In this document: positions 13,100 to 27,904 of the stretch, piece by piece
Position numbering within the stretch: the stretch's first letter is position 1
How the letters are laid out: every line of letters starts with the position of its first letter
Assembly (NCBI RefSeq): GCF_001194135.2
Contig: NC_068983.1
Coordinates: 158,071,102-158,135,101 of the forward strand
Direction of reading: 5' to 3'
Source of the DNA: Octopus bimaculoides
Lineage: Eukaryota
Length of the DNA stretch: 64,000 nt
The notes under the pieces: generated by a model
Told to the model about the DNA's origin: nothing
Seen by the model: the letters and a program-made list of their open reading frames with translations, nothing else
Database searches by the model: none
Translations under genes and position numbers: made by a program

Positions 13100-13669
13100 C
13101 AGGACTGTAAACTCGAGCCAACAACAACTTTTCATTTTCTGAAGGACAAAAGAGAAAAAAAAACTCAACCAAGTACGCGGGGGTACTGTAAAGTTCCTGA
13201 CTTTGGGTAAAAGAAAATATAGGACGATCAGTTAATTATGATTCTAATCAGCATATTCCCGTCTCAGATTCACACACGTATTGCAGCGGCCCTTCAGTTT
13301 TTCTAAGCCCTGTAAAAGAACTCGGAATGTTGAAACTCGAACCAGGCCTTTCGTGATACCCTTAAAGCCAGGAACATTTCAGCACTCCCTCGTACACATT
13401 TCGGATATTCACAACTTCATCGCATCAACGCACATCTATTCCCACGTCTTTTATCTTTTACTTGTCTCGGCCATAGGGCTACGGCTATGCCGGGGCACCG
13501 CCTTGAAGGGTTTTTTTTTATTCGAACGAATCGACCACAGCACTGATTTTGTTAATGCCTGGTACTTATTCTATCGATATCTTTGGCCAGTTACAGTGGT
13601 CATAAACAAACCGACACCGGTTGTCAATCTGACAACACAAGGATACACGGAGACAGATACATACATGCA

Positions 13670-13745
<76 letters not shown>

Positions 13746-13754
13746 GATCTATCA

Positions 13755-13827
<73 letters not shown>

Positions 13828-14874
13828 CAACTGGCTTCTTTCAGTTTCCGACTACCGAATCCACGAGGAAAGCTTCGGTCGGCCCGGGACTATAGTGGGA
13901 CACACTTGCCCAAGATGCCATGCAGTGGGATGGAATCCGGAACCCTGTGATTGAGGCTCTTCCTACCACACACATTCATGCATTCATAAACAAGAATGAT
14001 ATACATAAATGCATATATAATGCAAACGTGAGTGTAAGCATGTCATTGTTTTGCTCCAGGTCAGCCCTTATCATAAAAAGGCCTATGCTCAAAGGCGTTC
14101 CAGTCATGGGTGACCTGACTTTTGTATATCAGGCATTATATTGTTCAATTTAGCTTTCATTTATTAAAAACGGTTGAATGCAACATGAGGGACATTTAGC
14201 AATTATTTCTAGCAGATCCAGCGACGATGTAGAGGTTCCCTCTCCCCTGTATATATATATGTATATATATATATATATATATGTATNNNNNNNNNNNNNN
14301 NNNNNNNNNNNNNNNNNNNNNNNNNNNNNNNNNNNNNNNNNNNNNNNNNNNNNNNNNNNNNNNNNNNNNNNNNNNNNNNNNNNNNNNNNNNNNNNNNNNN
14401 NNNNNNNNNNNNNNNNNNNNNNNNNNNNNNNNNNNNNNNNNNNNNNNNNNNNNNNNNNNNNNNNNNNNNNNNNNNNNNNNNNNNNNNNNNNNNNNNNNNN
14501 NNNNNNNNNNNNNNNNNNNNNNNNNNNNNNNNNNNNNNNNNNNNNNNNNNNNNNNNNNNNNNNNNNNNNNNNNNNNNNNNNNNNNNNNNNNNNNNNNNNN
14601 NNNNNNNNNNNNNNNNNNNNNNNNNNNNNNNNNNNNNNNNNNNNNNNNNNNNNNNNNNNNNNNNNNNNNNNNNNNNNNNNNNNNNNNNNTAATATAAACG
14701 TGATACTGAAAATGTTTGACACGTTTACTATTCACATAGTATTTACACTTTTGTTATCAAATGAAGTAATTTTTTTTATATAAAAATAAAACGATCCGTC
14801 TGTGTCACTCTATGTATGTATGTATGTATGTATGTATGTATGTATGTATGTATGTATGTATGTATGTATGTATG

Positions 14875-14914
<40 letters not shown>

Positions 14915-15194
14915 GATCGATCTATCTATCTACCGAAAGATAGGTAGGTATGATTTTATGCAGTGTATACACAAGAATGTGTATATAGACACATACGTAT
15001 GTATAAAAATAATTACTCGAATGTGTGTACATATTACACACAAATATGTACACACCCGGTGTACAGAGACGCGCAAACACACGCACTCAACTTCACACAT
15101 GCATTATTTATTTCTGATATTGTGTGTAATGTTCATACATACATGCATACATACCTATGTATGCATACATATATACCTATGTATACATACATAA

Positions 15195-15232
<38 letters not shown>

Positions 15233-16110
15233 NNNNNNNNNNNNNNNNNNNNNNNNNNNNNNNNNNNNNNNNNNNNNNNNNNNNNNNNNNNNNNNNNNNN
15301 NNNNNNNNNNNNNNNNNNNNNNNNNNNNNNNNNNNNNNNNNNNNNNNNNNNNNNNNNNNNNNNNNNNNNNNNNNNNNNNNNNNNNNNNNNNNNNNNNNNN
15401 NNNNNNNNNNNNNNNNNNNNNNNNNNNNNNNNNNNNNNNNNNNNNNNNNNNNNNNNNNNNNNNNNNNNNNNNNNNNNNNNNNNNNNNNNNNNNNNNNNNN
15501 NNNNNNNNNNNNNNNNNNNNNNNNNNNNNNNNNNNNNNNNNNNNNNNNNNNNNNNNNNNNNNNNNNNNNNNNNNNNNNNNNNNNNNNNNNNNNNNNNNNN
15601 NNNNNNNNNNNNNNNNNNNNNNNNNNNNNNNNNNNNNNNNNNNNNNNNNNNNNNNNNNNNNNNNNNNNNNNNNNNNNNNNNNNNNNNNNNNNNNNNNNNN
15701 NNNNNNNNNNNNNNNNNNNNNNNNNNNNNNNNNNNNNNNNNNNNNNNNNNNNNNNNNNNNNNNNNNNNNNNNNNNNNNNNNNNNNNNNNNNNNNNNNNNN
15801 NNNNNNNNNNNNNNNNNNNNNNNNNNNNNNNNNNNNNNNNNNNNNNNNNNNNNNNNNNNNNNNNNNNNNNNNNNNNNNNNNNNNNNNNNNNNNNNNNNNN
15901 NNNNNNNNNNNNNNNNNNNNNNNNNNNNNNNNNNNNNNNNNNNNNNNNNNNNNNNNNNNNNNNNNNNNNNNNNNNNNNNNNNNNNNNNNNNNNNNNNNNN
16001 NNNNNNNNNNNNNNNNNNNNNNNNNNNNNNNNNNNNNNNNNNNNNNNNNNNNNNNNNNNNNNNNNNNNNNNNNNNNNNNNNNNNNNNNNNNNNNNNNNNN
16101 NTGTATATAC

Positions 16111-16151
<41 letters not shown>

Positions 16152-19100
16152 AACAGGGTGGACGTTGTCTTACAAGTAAAAGTGTTAGTAAATGTGGTCG
16201 GATTGACCTGAAAATTTGCACACCTATTTTAAAAGTGCTGGGGAGTTTGCATGGCACCTTAGAGTTTGCTCAATTGAAAGGTGTGGCTTCTAGGGCAAAA
16301 TTCCTCATCTTTAAAATGTGGCCCGAGTATATACAGGAGTGGCGTTTGCTGCTATCGTTTAAGACTAGAAGCGGGCTAGCATCATGTGCATCTTTTTAAG
16401 ACACTAAGTGAAATTTTAGGGAGATATTATGTGCTATTTCTACCTTGTAGTGTGATTATATACAGATAATTTCTTTTGAATCACTGCCATAGACTGAATT
16501 GGAAACACGAATCTATTATTTTGCCCTTATCAACCCTAATACGTATTAAACATTTATCATTAGAAACAGACGGACTGAAAGTGGTGGATTAGCAGCGTCA
16601 ACAGAGCATCGAGCAAGAATTTTTCGAGGTATGTTTTTTTTTTTTTAATATTTTGAGTTCAAATTACGGTGGGGTTAACTTTACTTTTGTTTCCTCCGGG
16701 ATCAGTAAAATAAGGTTCTTTTTCTCCGGTGTCAGTAAAGTGAGGATCGATTTAAGCGATTAAGCCCTCGCACAATATTTCAGCTATTGTCGAGGGTGGT
16801 GCATTTGTAGGATCTTATAGTGTATCCCATTATGAGTTCAAATTCTGCCGGAATCATCATTGACTGTTATACTTCACTGCTTGATAGAAAAAAGTACCTG
16901 TCAAGTATTGAGGTCAATATTATTAACTATGCAGACCCACTCGAATGAATTTAAGGCTTCTTGCCTATATCAGAAAGTATTAGTATTTCTTCTGAGTAAA
17001 TGAACAGACATTTGTCTTTTTAAAGCACACTCACTTCCAAACTATTTTTCTAATGGCTTTAAGATAGTTGTTCTAGTTGGTGAATGTATAAAACTATTTC
17101 CTCTTTTAATGCTTATTGGTTGTGGTTATGTGCCATCGAAAGTAAAAATCTGTTTCTCCCTACCCCTAAAAATCTTCGTCTCTTTGTTCATAATGTATAT
17201 TCTTTCAATTTTTTATTGGTTCCAGTCAGATGGAACTGCTTCTATAATCTCCCAGGAAACGTAATATATTTATAATATGTTGAATTTATATTAATTCATT
17301 TTTTTTTTTTTTTTTCTAAAATGCATGAAAACTTCACTGTAATTCTCAATCTATAAAGCTATTTTGATCTGTGCCCTATATTTCAATAAATTTTCTTTAT
17401 CATTAAGTTTCGGTTTGGCACATCAGACTCTACAAAGACCCGTATAAGGAAAAAGCAGATGAATTTTGTAAGGTTGGTACTCGTTTCGAAGCCATTTTGT
17501 CATACGTAAAATGAAATGAATTGAATAAGAATCAGACTTGTGGATCTAAGACAATTCTCTGTAAGGCATTTCGCCGTAGGACAATTGGCCGTAGGACTAT
17601 TTGCCGTAAGGACATTTTGTAATAAAAATAAAAAATAATGACGGTCATACACTTTATCTAAAAATAATGAAAGTCATACACTTTATTTAATAAGTTAAGC
17701 TAAAAAACTAAAAAGTTAAAAATCATGTAAGTTCATTACAATTGCATGCAAATAATGTCCTTGATTTTGATCGTAACCTCTAGCAATGCTTAGTATGCGC
17801 TTATAAGCATCTTTGTATTTTTTGTTGGTTGCGGTTTCTCTTCTTGCTGCATCGTTCACCGTCTTTTTAGAAAGAGGTTTTCTCAAGACATTGAGAAATG
17901 ATCTTTCTCACATTTAAATCACCTTTCTGTTTTTAAATTATCATTTTAGCAATTACCGAAAATGACTACTGTAAATACTGTGCCTTTATCTACCTTATTT
18001 AATTAACAACACAATTTCAAGTTTCTGAGCTTTACGGTAAAATGTTCTTGCAGCAAAATATCTATATGACGAATAGTGCTACGGCGAATTTGTTTACGGC
18101 AAATCATCCGGTCATCCAGACCTCAACTTTTTCAGTTATAGTAATGTTGTCAGTTTCTTCCTTAAAACTACTTATCCAACAAGCAGGTCCTACACACACA
18201 CACTTTCTCACTCACATAATACAAAGCTAGGTACACTTATAATCACTAATTACACTCATACATATTATACGTATATGGATGTTGTAACGCTCACGTATAT
18301 ACAGTTATTCTTTTACTTGTTTCATCCATAGGGATGCTGCTGTTCTGGGACACCATCTTGAAGACTTTAGTCAACCAAATCGCCCCTGTGCTATATGTGT
18401 GTGTATAATTTTTAAAATTTTTTTATTTAGCAATGTGAGAAGACAGAGTTGTTGTTTAGCATCAGTCAGCCATTTTACTTATTTTGCTCCCTTTTTATCG
18501 AACCACAGTTTTCGTCTATCAAATTCACTGGGAAGGCATTAATTAGTAGAGAACACCTACCCATAGAATTATAGAGCTGGAGTCGTATGTTTCAGGAGAA
18601 AAATTATTTTAAAAGAATTATTTCCATATATACGCTCTCGCGACGCTATCCGTTGTTTTATTGTGGGCCATATTCTGAAGAGACGAATGTCCATTCTGAT
18701 TGACGCACAAATTAATTTTAATGTTGCCACATTGTGGAAAATGAAAGCTGCATCCCTTTAAAGGTAAGTGCTAAGTGTTGCACTATATTTTTCATGCAAA
18801 AAAAAAAAAAAATCAACGCTTAAATATTGGAATTTTCTTTTTTAAAATTTGAATCTATTAGAAAGGAATAAAAGTTGTACTTTGATTCAAAATTGTTCTT
18901 TCGATTCTTTATTATAAATATAGATATCTTCAGTTCTATTAAAAAAAAACTCGTTTATATATATTTTTTTGCGACTTCATATTTATGGCTTCAAATTTAT
19001 TGACAGCTCATGCATGATGTCATATCTAACCACATCTACTTTAAACAGAAAAAATGCGGCGACATTCTGTTATTTAGATGTTGCACATGATAATGGACCA

Positions 19101-22100
19101 AAGACCAATGTTTCTGCATATCACACAAGAGCTTATAATAACAGAGTTAATGGTATATACAAAAGAAATTATTGTATATTGATATACACATCGGCAAATG
19201 AATTTGTAAAACGGCGCAATTATTAGACAGACTTTAAAATATCGACTATCCTTACACATTTGGAATGTTTTTTTATTCATTCCCATAAATACTAATGTTC
19301 CATCTAAATATATAAAGCTGGTAATTCCCTTGCACACCCATAAGTTTTGTTTTAGAGAACTGAGACCCTACTTCATTCCACTTTGAGATAAGATACAAAC
19401 TACTGAAGTTCCTTTAACGTAGAAAGAAAAGTTGTTACTGTTCGTTCTAGATATATACTCCTTTCTGTCCCGCTGTCTGAGTTGAGATAAGGTATTTATA
19501 TTAGCTTCTGCATCTCATATAAAACTCAAAGATTTTTGAAGATAGAGCAATAGGTTGTTAAATGTTTTGTTGTCGTTGAGTATATTGTAAAGCAATAATC
19601 CCGAAAAGTTGTTGGATCCTTAAGTGAAGATATGTGGTGTTAATCTCGCTTAAATGTATTCTAAGTAAAGCCACACTTAACCAAACGCTCTATGGTACAC
19701 ATCCTATCACCGGTGGTGTGTTGTCATTTTGACCAGTCAGTCAAGCAGGTACTAGGAGGTGTTCTTCACCTGAAGCAGTAGATGTTCAAATCTTTTTAGT
19801 TTGCAGTGTTATATTAAAAACTTCTCAATTTTGGATGATAATGGTAGTCATTAAGATTATGATTAGTCTAGTTTTCAACTATGGAGCTTCCTTCCTGAAA
19901 TTAACTTCTTTCTTTACATGGAAGAAAATTGAAACCGTGGCGTTCATTTCATTCCGAAGTCTTGGTAATATGAAATAAATCTGCATCAGCTGGCATTTGA
20001 AAGTAGTTTACAGACAAACTTTCAACCTCAGAATTCTAAAATATATTCATTTTTGTCTTTTTTGATGACACACTGGAACATTTAGCCAAAACAGTCTAAG
20101 TTTATTAGTGTTAGTGAAGAATTAAAGTATGTTCTGTTACTGGAAATGACATGTAAGGTGTTTTAATGTAGAAGGAGAAATAAATTTTGATAGCTGTTGC
20201 TTTAGCAAGATTATCAGTGACATAAAATAGTTTGAACTGTGGATCGACACAGATTTGCAGACTTGTCTTTCTTCAAAATTACTTAGCTTTAGCCTAACTC
20301 TAAAATCTCAGAAGAAACGTCCAAGAGATCAGAATTATGAAACATTAACTGAATAAAACCATATTAATGGCTTCCATAGTTTATAGAATCAAAAAGTATC
20401 CTTGTTTTAGATCACAGACCTGAAGCAGCGTTGACATAATCTTCCAAGGGTCAGTAGAGTATGCAGGGCTTGATAATACTTTAGGAGTCATAACGGAAGG
20501 GACTATAGACGATCAAGAGTTCCTTCAGTGATTGACAAACGAAAAATATTTGCAGACGCTGATTAAATCTGTTTGATCTTCGCACACCAAAGTAACTGGA
20601 TAAATAAAATATATTTTGTGGGGAATTTCAACCATGTTTCGTGGTCTGCTACCACAACAGCTCCTTTATAGGATCCAGTTAGCTCAAGACATCATCAGGA
20701 GGAACCACGTCTGGTTTCGGCCCCTACTCCTCTACCGTTTTGACGTGGCGGGGCCACCCCCTTTCGGAGGTGTCTTCGGCTCTGGTGTTGGGTGCATGTC
20801 TTCTTTCACTGTTTGTGACTGTTCTAATTCAACTGTGGGATGTCCCTCGCTATGGTTATTTTCCAGGAGGTTCTGGCCACACGTCTTACGGTTCATCAAC
20901 CCGCGTTGTTGAATTACTTTCTTCTGACATACCTTCCCTTGGTGGATTAGGATCCAGTTAGCTCAAGACATCATCAGGAGGAACCACGTCCGGTTTCGGC
21001 CCCTACTCCTCTACCGAGTGACTTCAAGTTCAATATCCTTCAGCATCAATAAAAGTATTCTGAGGTCAAGTCATTTGACTATTCTTACTCTTCCATCATA
21101 TGCACTATACTATTTACTAATGAGATATATACATAAGCTTTTCTTTGTAATTAGTATCTTACTAGTATTGAAAAAGATCTGTCTTTAGAAAGTCAACAGC
21201 TCTTTACCGATTGCTAATACTATTTTACCTGCCGCTCTCAATTCAATGTGTTAGACACCAAACAATTTTTTATATCAACGAGCCAGTTCTCCTTTGCAAC
21301 TTTTTACTGAACGAAATGACTAGAATACATCTCAGAACCTGTTCCCGAAAGAAATCCACTCTCCAAAGACCGACAACTAATCGAATTTATAACTTACATT
21401 TCAAAGTGACGATTTGGTGCATCGAATGGTAGTGAAATCATTTATGTACACTTTGTATTTACACTTGTCCCTCTAAGTTCAAATTCCGCTGTGGTAAAAT
21501 TCTCATTTTATTCTTTTAGGATAATTAATATCACCATATTATATATGTACGGAGATGGATTAGATTAACAATATTCGCTCCCTAAAAAAGACAGCGAGCT
21601 GGCAGAAACGTTAGCACGCTGGGCGAAATGCTTAGCGGTATTTCGGCTGTCTTTACGTTCTGAGTTCAAATTCTGCCGAGGTCAACTTTGCCTTTCATGT
21701 TTTCGGGGTTGATAAATCAAGTACCAGTTGCATACTGGGGTCGATATAATCGACTGCTCCCCCCCCCCCACCAATTTCGGGCCAAGTGCTCTGAGTAGAA
21801 AAGAATATTCACTCCCTGAAAGATATACGAAGACATAAGTTCCAGTTAAGACTTTTTAGAACAAATTCGATTCGTCATTGCATTAATTTCAACGAACCTA
21901 TTTTCAAATAGAATATTTGTTTGATAATCATTTTATTGGAAAAGACGTTTTAATATCTTCTCGGTAAGGTTGTGCTGTATTTCACCAAAACATTCAGTGC
22001 AATGATGTCGTACTATCTCGGCCAATTCTATTGCGAGAAGTCTTAATGAAATTGTATGGCAAACGTACATTCTTGGGTATTAGCAAAATATGTCATACTT

Positions 22101-23166
22101 AGAAGGCATTGTGTTCCAGGATGGTCGTTCGGTGATCCAATTTGTAATTATGTATTGCATCTGAGCCACCTCCTCTAAATATTTGTTAGTGTAGTAGTCA
22201 TACAGAAAATGCAAACTCTTAGGCTTTTAGAATTACTGGTGATAATCCAATACAGAGACAAATTCTAAAATTACAAGCTAAAAATCATATTCGTGTATAT
22301 ACTTACATGTGCTTAACGTGAGTAAAAAATATGTTTAAGCCAATCAATATTACACCTGTATTGAAAAGAAAAAACCGTTAGCTTCAAATTTTCCTGCGCT
22401 TTTGTTTTGCATTTTTGCGTCAACTGTTTAGTAGAACAATTGCAATCACGCCTTTAGTAACACTCAACACAAAATGAATCAGAAATCAAAACAAAAGCTA
22501 ACAATCAAATAAACAATGAACACAGCTGAAGCTAGCGGGGAAAACAAAGTAAACTTAAAACAAATATTATCGAGATCAAAATGTTAAAGGAAACAAACAC
22601 AAATGTAAAGCAGGTGATTTGGTATTGTTAGAAAGGTTTTAAAACATAAGGGTATAAGTGTATATATAGCTGTATAGATGACAGGAAATATAAACTTCGC
22701 ATATCGATGGCACAAGTGGTATATTATAAGGATGTCTCAAAGTTTAAGTGGAATGAAATATTTTGAATAAAAAGCAAAAACCCCTAATTTGTGGCTTTGT
22801 CATATACTATAATACTCTGTGATAAAAATCTGAAAACCATGATTCTCATTCCCTCATTGTTCTGGAATAAGGTATTTCGTGTGGACTAATAAATGTTTGA
22901 AGACCATTGACTTTTTAAAAACTTATTTGGACAGATGAATGGCAGAATGGTTTGCAGTATACTACCACGGCCACTCTTTGCCTGCATGGACATTCACGAT
23001 ATTCATGCAAGCATCGACTTGTTTTAATATAATGTATGTGTACTGCTATGATATTTGTTTAAAATATTACAGGAGTGCCCAAGATATGCAGAGTCGTAAC
23101 GGTGTCCCTACGACTTGAGAGTCCCATTACCACAACGATATGTACAAAAATATTAGCATATATAAA

Positions 23167-23211
<45 letters not shown>

Positions 23212-25976
23212 GCACATTTAAACATTGGAATGCTTTCAATATGTTTGTAATCTGCTTATGCATATATTTATGCTCATGTATATGCAGGGTGGTTTTAAAA
23301 CACACCCATTACACATTAATATTTTATTTTCATTTATTGGAAAGAGATATTTTTTTTTAGAATGGAGAGAGAGAGAGAGAGAGGAGCTGTTACCTTGTCA
23401 CAAAGCTATAAACTGATTCAGGGTGGAAGGGGTTGAAATTAATTTGTCTTCTGAACATACTCGCAACGGATGTCTTTTATCAAACCCAAAGGAATGGAAA
23501 TAATAATAAAAATAAACAAGGGCGTTTACTTTTTGTTTAACCATCTTGTACATATGAATGTACATATGTCTATAAAATGTTATTATTGGTATTACTGAAA
23601 GTGGCGAGTTCTAGCTTGCCGTCTCGAGTTCAAATGCCGCCGAGGTTGACTTTGCCTTTCATCCTTCGGGGTCGTCGAAATAAGCATCAGTCAAATACTG
23701 GGTGGGGGAGGATTGATGTAATCGACTAGCCTCCTCCCTCAAAATTTTAGGCCTCGTGCCTTTAGTAGAAGGGAGTTTAGTCGGTGAGATGGCGGAATGG
23801 TTAGTACGTTGGACAAAATGTTTACCGATATTTCTTTCGGATGTTTACCTTCTCTGTTCAAATCCCACCTCGATCAACTTTGCCTTTCATCTTTTCGGGG
23901 TTGATAAAAATAATGTACCAGCTAAGCCCTAATGTCAATGTAATCACCTACCCTACCTTCATTACTGCTACCTTGTGACAAAAATTAAGAATAGTTATAA
24001 TTCTAAGGGCGAGGAAGCGTCTGAGAAATGTTTTGCAACATTTGTACTGCCTCTTTACATTCCGAGTTCAAATCCAGACTAGGTTTACTTTGCTTTCACG
24101 CTGTCTAGGTCGATAAAATAAGTACTAAGGTGTATATAGTCGACTATACCTTTTCCCCAAATGTCAGGACTTGTGCCTGTACGCATGTCTGAACGTATGT
24201 ATGTATGCATGGTGGAAGGGGAGGAATGGGAGATATGTAGACGAAAGAGAAAAAAGTATAATGTATAAAATTCCCATATCTATAGCAGCAGCAACGACAT
24301 TTTAATGCAAATACTATCGTTTTCAGTCCTATCAAATTAACAAGTCATCTTCTGGCTTCAGGAAATTAATAGGCACTCTTGTTGAAACTGGTGAAAACAC
24401 AATGGTTAAATACTTCTAATTTAACCTCTTAAAGGTATCACTTGTTCATAAGAGCTGGCCTGTTAGGTGCATGTGTCAATCAAGTTAGATAGTGGAGGCA
24501 AAATATATAATGAAAAAGATCAGGAAGCTACGTATAGGGTATCAGGTTATCTTTAGAATTAACTCAGTTCAACTGTGCTTAATGGGTATTATAGTAATTA
24601 TAGGTGTTAAATATTGCCTTAAAAGCAGAGAGCGTCAGGAGTTGATAGAAAGATGAATAATGGGAAACGCTAAGTAAAAGAATATCATTGTAAATACTGT
24701 GGTCATGAGAGTTGTTTCATTGTAACTGCGGAAATAATTGTGTTTTTATTGAATATATAAAAGAGTCCCTAGTGTTACGATCGACTAGCCGATTTTATAA
24801 TGTTTCTCGCACGTCTCCAGGTACATCGAAAAATATTTCGTTTACTGCTTTTTCTTAGTTCAAGTCTTCTATTTGTGTGTTGAAGGAAACGGATAATTAC
24901 CTTTCCAGAGGATCTTGCATTAAATTACTTCCGTTTAAGTCAAAACACCCACCAATGCTTCAATGACCAATCTCATTATACATGTTTACTGAGAGCATCC
25001 TTAGATTTCTGTGAGTATTGGAAAGAAATTGAAAGATTCGCTACAGAACAAATCGTAATTCATAAAACTAGTTTCATAAGCTAGTCTACGTATTGCTTTA
25101 TCTAAGTGGATGTATGTGTACAGATAAATTTGATTTTGTCACATTATAGTTCCATTTTATAAGAATCATTATTTTAGTAATTTCAGTTCTGTAGTGCAGC
25201 AAGCAATTTTTGTTTGTTGTTTTGTTCAAACTTCAATTGCTATATTGCGATCGGGTTAAGTAGAAGTCTTATTTTGGAAGATACATGTTTCCTGTTAAAC
25301 TGTTCATGGTATTCTATTTAAATAAATGAATAGAAACTAAATGTTGGCAAAGCTTAGTTGTAGAAATTGAAACATACTGTGGTTTATTACGTTGACGAAA
25401 TCATGAATTTTAATTTTTTATTAAATCATGAATACAGGTTACGTTTGGATATAATATCTACGGTTAGAAAATATTTTTCATGAAGTAACATAAAATAGGT
25501 AGGTCTGTAAACTACCTGCACGTCGGTGCGTCGTGTTCTCGAGCAAAAACATTTCATTTCACGTTGGTTCGACTGAAAATAAGTCCCAGCAATAACTGGA
25601 GTCAGACCTGCGACAGACTGCTGTCCCGTTCAGGAAAAGGAAGAATATTGTACTTTTGGTGTAAAGGAAACTAGGTTACGCTCCGGCTCTGTTGACTCGT
25701 GACAAACGTAGGACTCTAGAAAAATGATTAACTCGACTGAATTCTGCTTGAAATAGACAAAATGTCATTCTGAATATAATTTTCAGATCAAATTTTCAAT
25801 ACATTTGTTTCAATATATTGAGCATTAATTTCTTACATTAGTACTTGACTTGTAACAAGAGGATTTTATTGGGAAGAGATATGGTCAGTTCTATCGACCT
25901 TGTAAAAGTCTACTACTTAACGAGAGCGCATGAAAAGAAAATAAATTCAGATTATACAAGAGCAAAATTAAAGTGT

Positions 25977-26021
<45 letters not shown>

Positions 26022-27821
26022 GCACTTGGTTTTCCGTCGGTTTCGACGATGAGGATTCAAGTGTTCAATGACTCAAATTACCTTCACAGTGAATTAAAGT
26101 GTAACTGTTTTAAAAAATATAAACGCTACAAAACATTGAAAAGTATGTAAAATAATACTTGAGGTCGAAAATAAACAAAAAAATTTACAATAAGCCATTA
26201 GAAAATATCTTCTCTTTGCGTATCTTTATTAAACTTGCTTCTTATATGGATAATACTTTTTAACAGTATTGACTGTATTCCAGTAAATCTGGGATAATTC
26301 TCTGTATTCCAATGGATACTATTGATGAAAGGAATAGGATATGATGTAATGTTGTCAAGTGACTGAGATGGTCTTGAAGATTACCTTCTGGTATCAAGTA
26401 TAGTCACTAGAATTGGTAGGGTTGAGAAAATCTGTATCAACATTAGCGGTACACTGTAAGAAATTGAATGTTTAACTAAACAAAGATTTAGTAATAAAGG
26501 TAATCAGTACTCTTGTATTCTAAAACTGTGATGCATCAATTATTTCTACGACTAATTTAATAGCACTGCGTTCTCTTTCACTTTGGATATTATGTATTTT
26601 CAAATGCAATGTATGAATTATCTACTAAATACTTTATGTATTTAAAGGAATAAAGTGACTAACAATACATTGAGCTCTGCACGGTGTTATCATCTATGTG
26701 GAAATGTGAAAGATTGCAAAAGTTGATAAAACATAATCAGTATATAAAAATAAATATCGTAGCAATATACTATACTAGTTTCAAGAATAATCCAAGAGAC
26801 TGATTGAAAAGATCTAGAGTGATATATAAAGTACTGATAGATAGGAACGATCGATATGTACAGATTATAGAAATTAATAGACTAGATAGTGTTCTCAGCA
26901 ACAGTACGAGATTTAAAGTTCAGGTTTAAAACAGACAAAAGTGCATATATGAACAACTTATGAATAATATAAAAATTCTGTTCAACAATAATTCTATAAC
27001 GTAAAATTTATACTTGATGCATTTAATTGCTTCATATTTGTTGACGATGGAAATTTAGTCAACCAGTCTGGGTCTCTTTTCGAATTAATTTAGAATTTTT
27101 GCTTCACAGTGATGAAGTTGAAGCTATTAACTCACAAACTACTGGATCAAACTTTTGAGCCCACCATGGTATGCTAAATATGCTAAAGTATACATATTGT
27201 CAACTCAGCCTTGCAGCGTAAGACAGTTTTTTAAAAAAGTATTATGAATATACGAGCAGAGCTATATATACAGTGAGAGAAAACATCAAACACACACTTC
27301 AACACATAAACTATCAAATTTTGGCGTATGTTGTATGTACGCATGCATAAGCACACACACACACACCTTCTACATCATACATACTCCAGATGAAAGTTGT
27401 CATTCCTGTTTATCAGGTAGTATATATCTTGTATTTTACTTGTTCTGTTAGTGATGACAAGTGTACCAGAGAGAGACAACATCGGGAGTTTAACGTCTGA
27501 TGAACAGTAAAAAACACAAAAACAAAATGCCTTCCATGTTATCCGTGTATTCGTACATCACACTAATTTCACATTTTTTGTGTGTTCGTTTTGCACACAA
27601 TGCTACTCTAATAGGTTGTAATTCTGAGTGTTGTTTGTAGTCAACATATATTCCATATATATTGACCTCAGAAAAGAAAAGTCATCTCTGGTAAAAAGAA
27701 AAAAAAACAAAACAAATTTATGGAGACATAAAAGTAGTCAATACAGATGCCTTACATATTCACCACCGTCTATTCCTGGTGATTGTTAAGTATAAGGATT
27801 TCTTAAAGTAGGTAATTAAGC

Positions 27822-27904
<83 letters not shown>

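Noticed and set aside
22119-22145. GWSFGDPIC, resembling the GPCR extracellular-loop W.FG...C motif
   Set aside because: Only 9 residues, flanked by stops, with no neighbouring transmembrane-coding sequence
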